Of a stretch of 64,000 nucleotides of DNA, positions 58,501 through 64,000 are shown one piece after another; the stretch's first letter is position 1; each line of letters begins with the position of its first letter. The notes beneath the pieces were generated by a model. The model did no database searches and had not been told where the DNA came from. It worked only from the letters and a program-made list of their open reading frames with translations. This DNA is from Candidatus Brocadiia bacterium (GTDB lineage: Bacteria > Planctomycetota > Brocadiia > CAIUPP01): contig JBEKCB010000001.1 in the NCBI GenBank assembly GCA_050015075.1, positions 32,001-96,000 on the forward strand, written 5' to 3'. The position numbers and the translations under genes are program-made.

Positions 58501-59196
58501 ATGCCCACGGCAGGCAAACCGCCGTACATCGAGAAGGCCGAGGAACGCGGCAAGTTCCAGGTGTGGGTCGTGGACGGCAGCTACATCCGCACCCACCAAG
58601 ACGAGGAATTCACCAACTTCGGCCAGCATTACCGCTACCCGTACATCCCCGTGGACGAATTCTGGATTGACCGGGAGGCCGGGTCGGGCGAGCTGAAGTT
58701 CTTCGTCGAGCACCTGTTGGTCGAGTATCGCCTCATGGCGCGGGGCATGCCGTACGAAAAGGCCCTCGTAGTGGCCGACCGGGCGGAGCGGAAGGAGCGC
58801 CGCCTGGCCGGCGACCTCAAACGCCTCACCGCCAACGGACACAAGCTGCCCGACGGCCACGACGTCCATAAGCGCCTATGGAAGCAACTCGAGAGCAGCG
58901 TCAGCGTCTGGATCGTCAGCGGCCGGCTGGTCCGCAGCGTGTTCGACATCGACTTCACCGCCGGCGGGCACGAGTTCGTGTACGAATTCGTCCCGAGCAA
59001 CGAGGTCTGGATTGACGACGACATCGAGGAGCAGGAGCGCGGCTACGTGCTCGTGCACGAGCTTCACGAGCGCAACCGCATGTCCCAGGGCATGCCCTAC
59101 AGCAAGGCGCACGCCGAATCGAGCCGCATCGAATACCACTGCCGCCAGCACCCCGACGAACTGCACGACGCGCTCGCGGCGGAAGGATGGGCGTAG
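58501..59196 (+). CDS. Hypothetical protein made of two tandem homologous domains (second has HExxE...H)
   Basis: GAGGAGG RBS; VWVVDG..IR...IPVDEFWID...GMPYEKA versus VWIVSG..VR...VPSNEVWID...HELHER..GMPYSKAH. Confidence 0.82.
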   Translation: MPTAGKPPYIEKAEERGKFQVWVVDGSYIRTHQDEEFTNFGQHYRYPYIPVDEFWIDREAGSGELKFFVEHLLVEYRLMARGMPYEKALVVADRAERKERRLAGDLKRLTANGHKLPDGHDVHKRLWKQLESSVSVWIVSGRLVRSVFDIDFTAGGHEFVYEFVPSNEVWIDDDIEEQERGYVLVHELHERNRMSQGMPYSKAHAESSRIEYHCRQHPDELHDALAAEGWA

Positions 59197-59303
59197 CGAG
59201 TGCGGAGTGCGAAGTGTAGAGGGTGGAGTGGAACGGCGGCGGTTGAGTCATTAATCCGACATCGGCCTGCGTGATGGAGCATCACTTCAAAAAAGGGGCT
59301 GAG

Positions 59304-59771
59304 ATGAACGAGAGATTTCGGGAATGTGTGGAGGGATTGGACGCAAGCTACCGCCGGTTGATTGAGATGAGGCCGGCCAAGGTTTGCAACCTTCCCGATG
59401 ATGTGCCACAGCATGGGGTCTACCTTTTCTCAGAAAACGGCAAACACCTATACGTTGGAAGGTCCAAGAATATCCGTAACCGATTGCAAGTGCACTGCCG
59501 ACCCAGTTCTCGTCACAATGCCGCCACTTTTGCATTTCTACTTGCCTCGAAAGAGACAGGGCGTCCAGCAGTGACCTACAAGACAAAAGGCGGACGCAAA
59601 GAGCTTGAGGGGACAGAGCCATTTAAGAGCGCATTCGTGAAGGCCAAGGAAAAAGTCCGGCAGATGGATGTGCGGTTTATTGAAGAACCGGACTCCGTAA
59701 AGCAAGCTCTTCTAGAAATCTACATCGCCGTCTCACTGAATACCCCCTTCAACGACTTCAAGACGACCTAG
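59304..59771 (+). CDS. GIY-YIG nuclease family protein
   Basis: GVYLF......LYVGRS.NIRNRL..H; lower GC than the surroundings. Confidence 0.82.
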   Translation: MNERFRECVEGLDASYRRLIEMRPAKVCNLPDDVPQHGVYLFSENGKHLYVGRSKNIRNRLQVHCRPSSRHNAATFAFLLASKETGRPAVTYKTKGGRKELEGTEPFKSAFVKAKEKVRQMDVRFIEEPDSVKQALLEIYIAVSLNTPFNDFKTT

Positions 59772-59791
59772 GACGGCGCGCTGGCTCGTTC

Positions 59792-60013
59792 TCACGCGGA
59801 GACGACCTCGACGGACAATACTTCCTTGACAGGATGCTTGCCAGCAATCATCTTGTCTATCCGATCGAGCGTGCTGGCGTGGAAATACCTTTCCCCGCAC
59901 TCTGCGCAGACCTCGGCCTCGACGTTTTCGACGATGTACAACTTGCCATTGAGCCAATGCTGCTTCTTGACCTTCCGGTGGGTCGTCTCACCCTCGCAGA
60001 ATTGACACTTCAT
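59792..60013 (-). CDS. YgiT-type zinc finger protein (MqsA-like antitoxin domain)
   Basis: MKCQFC...VENVEAEVCAECGE. Confidence 0.88.
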   Translation of the reverse strand: MKCQFCEGETTHRKVKKQHWLNGKLYIVENVEAEVCAECGERYFHASTLDRIDKMIAGKHPVKEVLSVEVVSA

Positions 60014-60018
60014 CTCAA

Positions 60019-60294
60019 TTACTCTTTCTCGTAAACCGTAATGATGATCAATGGCCCGGTTTCGCTGAAGCGACATAGTGCATGCAGGAGCCTGCCGTTA
60101 TTCGCCGGACCTTCCACTCGATATCTCGCCCCCCTCGGATCGCGGGTCAGCTTCTTCTCCACGACTCCTTTAAGTATAGCATACTCAACGTCTGAACGCT
60201 CGAAACCGTCGTCAGCCATCTCCTCCTCAGCATGTGAGGACAGGTAATAATCCCGCGTGCGAATCTTCGCACGTATCCTCTCGATAGCCGACAT
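60019..60294 (-). CDS. DUF4258-family putative toxin (RelE-like)
   Basis: SSHAEEEM, DPRGARY, IITVYE; upstream of the YgiT zinc-finger gene. Confidence 0.85.
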   Translation of the reverse strand: MSAIERIRAKIRTRDYYLSSHAEEEMADDGFERSDVEYAILKGVVEKKLTRDPRGARYRVEGPANNGRLLHALCRFSETGPLIIITVYEKE

Positions 60295-60372
60295 TGTTGG
60301 GCCTCTGCCTTACACTGCCGCAACCTGCTCGTGAGATGCCTTTTACGCCTTTGCTCCGGAGAAAGCTACAGG

Positions 60373-62001
60373 CTATTCGAATGCCACCTCATGGAAGTCC
60401 ACCTGGTTGACCGACGTGCCGACATCCATCGGCGTCAATTCCAGGCCGCGGACGTACGGCTTGACGAGCAGGTGGGTTCGGCCGTGCGAGAGGAAGATCC
60501 ACGGCGCGTCCTGGACGATGATCGCCTCCGCCTCGCGCAGCAGCGCGAGACGTTTTTCCGGCTGGAGTTCGCGCCGCGAACGGTCGAGCAGGTCGTCCAC
60601 CTGCGCGTTCGAGTAGCGGGCGCGGTTGCCCGCGGAGCCGGCCAGGCTGCTGTGAAAAATCCGCAGGAAGCTTTCCGCGTCGGGAAAATCCGCCGCCCAG
60701 ATCAGGCGGAAGAGGTCCGGCTCGTCCTGGTTCGTCGCCTCGAGCAGCGCCGCGAGGTCCAGCGCGCGCAACTGGACGTGGATGCCGATCCGCTGGAAGT
60801 CCGCCTGCACCGCCTGCGCCACCGCCGCGCCGGGCGGACGGGAATTGAAATACAGCGTCATCTCCGGCAACCGCTCGACCGGCTCCAGGCCCGGACCGTA
60901 GCCGGCCTCGCGCAGTTCGCTCCTCGCGCGGTCGGGGTCGTAGGAATATCCCGGCAGCGCCGGATCGAACGCAGGCGTCTCGGGCGGCAGCATGCCCTTG
61001 GCCGGCGCGCTCTCGCCGCCGAGAACTTTTTCGCAGAGGAATTGTCGGTCCACGGCGTAGTTCAGCGCGCGGCGCAGGTGGACGTTCGAGCCCCACGGCC
61101 GGTGCGACATCGCGAAACCCAGGTACTGCGTGCTGAGCGTGGCTGTCGAGCGCAACTGGCCCTTCAGCGGGCCGGACTGCACCTCCTTCAGGAATCCCTC
61201 CGGCACCGCGCAGTGCTCCAGCCCACCGGCCAGGTACTCCTGCCAGGCGACCAATGACTCCTTGATGACGCGGAACCGCAGTCCGGCGAGTTTCGCGGGG
61301 CCGCCAAAGTACTGGTCGTTCCGCGCCAGGACGACGGCGTCGTGATCGCGCCAGAAGACGAACCGGAACGGCCCCGTCCCGACCGGCCGCCGCCCGAAGT
61401 TTTCGCCGCCGCGCTCAGCACCGAAACATTCGCGCGGGACGATCGCGGCGTTGCCCATCGCGAGCAGTTGGAGCATCAGCATCGGGCTGAAGGCGTCCTT
61501 CAACCGCAGCACGACGGTATGCGCGTCAGGCGTCTCGAGCCCGGCGAGCGACCGCGCCTTTCCGTCCCGCAGCTCGCGCGTCCCGGCGATCGGCTCGACG
61601 ACCCATGCCCTCTGCGAGGCGGTCTCCGGACGCAGCAGCCGCTCGAACGAAAACCGCACGTCGTCGGCGACCATCTCGCGCCCGTTATGGAACCGCACGC
61701 CCTTCCGCAGCGTGAACGTATAGGTCAGCCCGTCGTCGGAGACCTTCCAGCTCTCGGCCAGATCGGGGACCGGCTGAAGTTTCGAGTCGAGCTTCACGAG
61801 GTTGTTGAAAATCCGCCGCGCGACCCCTTCGGAATTGACATCCGTGAACAGCGCCGGGTCGAGCGTGACGGGATTGTCCGTCAGCGGCAGGCGGTAGTAG
61901 CCATCGGCAGGCGGGCGGGACTCCGTCTCGCGTTCGCCGCAGCCGGCCAGAAGAAGCCCCGCGACCGTTACGGCGAACAACGCACGCTGCAATAATGTCA
62001 T
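60373..62001 (-). CDS. ABC transporter substrate-binding lipoprotein, family 5 (peptide/nickel)
   Basis: Lipobox LAG|C, TLDPA, PDLAESW..SDDGLTYTFTLRKGVRFHNG, PVGTGPF, W.ADFPD. Confidence 0.93.
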   Translation of the reverse strand: MTLLQRALFAVTVAGLLLAGCGERETESRPPADGYYRLPLTDNPVTLDPALFTDVNSEGVARRIFNNLVKLDSKLQPVPDLAESWKVSDDGLTYTFTLRKGVRFHNGREMVADDVRFSFERLLRPETASQRAWVVEPIAGTRELRDGKARSLAGLETPDAHTVVLRLKDAFSPMLMLQLLAMGNAAIVPRECFGAERGGENFGRRPVGTGPFRFVFWRDHDAVVLARNDQYFGGPAKLAGLRFRVIKESLVAWQEYLAGGLEHCAVPEGFLKEVQSGPLKGQLRSTATLSTQYLGFAMSHRPWGSNVHLRRALNYAVDRQFLCEKVLGGESAPAKGMLPPETPAFDPALPGYSYDPDRARSELREAGYGPGLEPVERLPEMTLYFNSRPPGAAVAQAVQADFQRIGIHVQLRALDLAALLEATNQDEPDLFRLIWAADFPDAESFLRIFHSSLAGSAGNRARYSNAQVDDLLDRSRRELQPEKRLALLREAEAIIVQDAPWIFLSHGRTHLLVKPYVRGLELTPMDVGTSVNQVDFHEVAFE

Positions 62002-62094
62002 ACGCATGAAGCCTTGTCGCAAGGCCGTGATCGCGGGCGCGTGGGAATCATCACCGGGGAGTATACCGGCCGTTTGCGCGCCGCTCGAAAACCT

Positions 62095-62364
62095 CTACAG
62101 TCTCCGGATAAGGCTGTCGTAATCAGCGTGAGAGCCGATCCAGAACCAGACGACCGTGTCGCCCTGGAGAAGTCCCATGGCTCGCCAGCCGATGCCCACG
62201 CGCACGGCGTAAGCAGGTTGCCTCTTTCCAACACGTTTGAAGCCAAGTCCGGGGTGTGACGGGTTCCTCTTCCACAGCTTGAAGTTCTTTCGGGCAAGGC
62301 GTTGAATTCGTTGAGGGAGCCTGCGAAAGCAGACGATGAAGTCTTGAGTGAGGTGCGATTTCAC
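62095..62364 (-). CDS. RelE/ParE-like toxin
   Basis: LP..IQ..ARKNF.LW..NPSHPGL.FK, RVGIGWRA, WFWIGSHADYD. Confidence 0.87.
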   Translation of the reverse strand: MKSHLTQDFIVCFRRLPQRIQRLARKNFKLWKRNPSHPGLGFKRVGKRQPAYAVRVGIGWRAMGLLQGDTVVWFWIGSHADYDSLIRRL

Positions 62365-62579
62365 AAATCGTCGAAGCCCATTGCCCGGGTCCGGCCGGCC
62401 TTGTACTCCTTCGCGGCCTTCTCGGCCAACTGGTCCACTTTATCCCGAGACTTGGCGAGCGTTTCACCCCAGCGCGATTCCCACACCAATTCGTCCAGAA
62501 ATTCCTGCGCAAATTGGTCTTGCAGGTTGTCCGGAAGCTTGGATGCTTTCTGAAACACCTTGGTCAGCAGCCTTGTCAT
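62361..62579 (-). CDS. Putative antitoxin
   Basis: MTRLLTKVF..ASKLP...QD..A...E..W...LAEKA; overlaps the toxin start; GAGGTGAGG RBS. Confidence 0.82.
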   Translation of the reverse strand: MTRLLTKVFQKASKLPDNLQDQFAQEFLDELVWESRWGETLAKSRDKVDQLAEKAAKEYKAGRTRAMGFDDL

Positions 62580-62629
62580 AACCTCACCTCGACACCGCGC
62601 TATTGAATCAAAACAACTTTAACAACTTG

Positions 62630-62658
62630 AGTCTATCGCCTGTAGTTTGCCGTGTCAA
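62630..62658 (-). promoter_or_regulatory. Promoter of the TA pair
   Basis: Minus strand TTGACA-N17-TAGACT. Confidence 0.55.
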
Positions 62659-62678
62659 TATTCAGCCCCGTGTTCGCT

Positions 62679-64000
62679 TCACCCCCAGACAATCATCCCC
62701 GGCTCGAACGGATGAACAAGGTCGGGATGGAACGGCAGGACGCGGACGGCGAATCCGCGGCGGCCGCTGTGCGTGCACGGCATGGAGCAGCGGTACGTGT
62801 AGATTCCGTCGCTAGGCTTTTCGTCCGCCGTCATCGGCGTGTAAACGGCCTCTTCGAGCTGGTCCTCGGCGGCGAGCGCGCCGAGGCCGAGCTGGACCTG
62901 GACCTCGTCGGGCCGCAGCTCTCCGAGCCACACGCGGGCGACGACCTCGATCGGGTCGCCGACGAGGAGCGCGTTGTCCACGGTGGACTTCACGTCCTCG
63001 ACGCGGATGCCGCTCCATCGCTGGCGGATGCGCTGGCGCCAGGCGGCCAGGGCTCGCGCCCGCGCGGGGCCGTCGGCGGCGAGCGCCTGGAACCGCTGGC
63101 CCGCGTCCAGGTAGTAATCGCGCACGTAGTCGGCGGTCATGCGGTTGGTGTTGAAGTACGAGCCGATCAGGTGCATGGAGCGTTTCATCCGGGCGATCCA
63201 GCGCCGCGGCAGGCCGTCGCGGCCGCGCTCGTAGAAGAGCGGCACCACTTCCTGCTCGAGGATGTCGTACAGCGCGCCGCTCTCGACGGCGTCCTGCTGC
63301 TCCGGGCTCTCGTATTTTTCGCCATGTCCGATCACCCACCCTACTTCGGGCGTGTAGCCTTCGCACCACCAACCGTCGAACGTGCTGACGTTGAGCGCGC
63401 CGTTCGCGGCGGCCTTCATGCCGCTGGTGCCGGAAGCCTCCAGCGGCGGCCTCGGCACGTTGAGCCACACGTCCGCGCCCTGCACCAGGTAGCGCGCCAC
63501 GTTGATGTCGTAGTCCTCGAGGAAGATCATCCGGTTGCGGAACCCTTCGCCCCGGACGAAATGGTTGAGTTCCTTGATCAGTTGCTTGCCGGGCGTGTCC
63601 ATCGGATGGGCCTTGCCCGCGAAGATGATCTGCACCGGGCGTTTCGGGTCGTTGAGCAGCCTGCGCAGGCGTTCCGGGTCTTTGAGAAGCAGCGTGCCGC
63701 GCTTGTACTCCGCGAAGCGCCGGGCGAACCCGATGGTGAGCGCCTCGGGATCGAAGACCTGTTCCACCTCGTCCACGACGTAGGGCGGCGCGCCGTGGCG
63801 CTGCGCCTGCTGGCGGAGGCGCTTGCGCGCGAACCAGACGAGCCGCTCGCGCCGGCGCTCGTGCGTGCGCCAGATCTCGGTGTCGGGGATGGTCTCCACG
63901 CCGGTCCATACCGAAAAGTCCATCGGCTCCTCGAGGAACCGCGGCCCCAGGTAGCGGTCGAGCAGCTCGGTCATGTCGTGGCTGAGCCATGACCGCGTGT
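62679..64000 (-). CDS. glgP: Alpha-glucan (glycogen) phosphorylase, C-terminal part (5' end outside the window)
   Basis: GFARRFAEYKR, AGKAHP, DVWLN, EASGTSGMK (PLP lysine), DGWW. Confidence 0.96.
   Translation of the reverse strand, partial: TRSWLSHDMTELLDRYLGPRFLEEPMDFSVWTGVETIPDTEIWRTHERRRERLVWFARKRLRQQAQRHGAPPYVVDEVEQVFDPEALTIGFARRFAEYKRGTLLLKDPERLRRLLNDPKRPVQIIFAGKAHPMDTPGKQLIKELNHFVRGEGFRNRMIFLEDYDINVARYLVQGADVWLNVPRPPLEASGTSGMKAAANGALNVSTFDGWWCEGYTPEVGWVIGHGEKYESPEQQDAVESGALYDILEQEVVPLFYERGRDGLPRRWIARMKRSMHLIGSYFNTNRMTADYVRDYYLDAGQRFQALAADGPARARALAAWRQRIRQRWSGIRVEDVKSTVDNALLVGDPIEVVARVWLGELRPDEVQVQLGLGALAAEDQLEEAVYTPMTADEKPSDGIYTYRCSMPCTHSGRRGFAVRVLPFHPDLVHPFEPGMIVWG

Noticed and set aside
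59198-62660. Prophage or integrative element
   Set aside because: No integrase, phage structural genes or att-like repeats bounding this segment were found.

Overview
High-GC bacterial chromosomal window, probably PVC/Planctomycetota-like (inferred from the dockerin protein, the FHA-GAF-sigma54 activator and the repeat families). It is mostly housekeeping and accessory genes: an ECF sigma factor with a dockerin-bearing membrane partner, pdaD-speB, cstA, hppA, nikR plus an ECF-type Ni/Co transporter, HIT-dgt-MttB-like-sigma54 activator, a partner-switching pair, mutS, mreBCD-mrdA, an ADP-forming acyl-CoA synthetase, comEC, a macrodomain protein, glycosyltransferases, three toxin-antitoxin pairs and a partial glgP. 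The standout is 24223-26856, a signal-peptide membrane protein with three tandem intein-like Hint domains inside a Gly-rich N-terminus. Each Hint domain is flanked by Gly|Cys and His-Asn|Lys-Gly, followed by a TM helix and two Tim44-like domains, and the gene sits behind a DUF350-like gene. Other notable items: a ~155-bp nested-palindrome element at three loci (tandemly amplified 4x124 bp right after the Hint gene), 49-bp GTAG REP doublets, palindromic repeats inserted in-frame in proteins, a 54-bp promoter-containing direct repeat bracketing a glycosyltransferase cassette, and a C39 peptidase/candidate substrate pair. No rRNA, tRNA, CRISPR array, integrase or transposase was recognised. All assignments come from reading motifs by eye, not from database searches.
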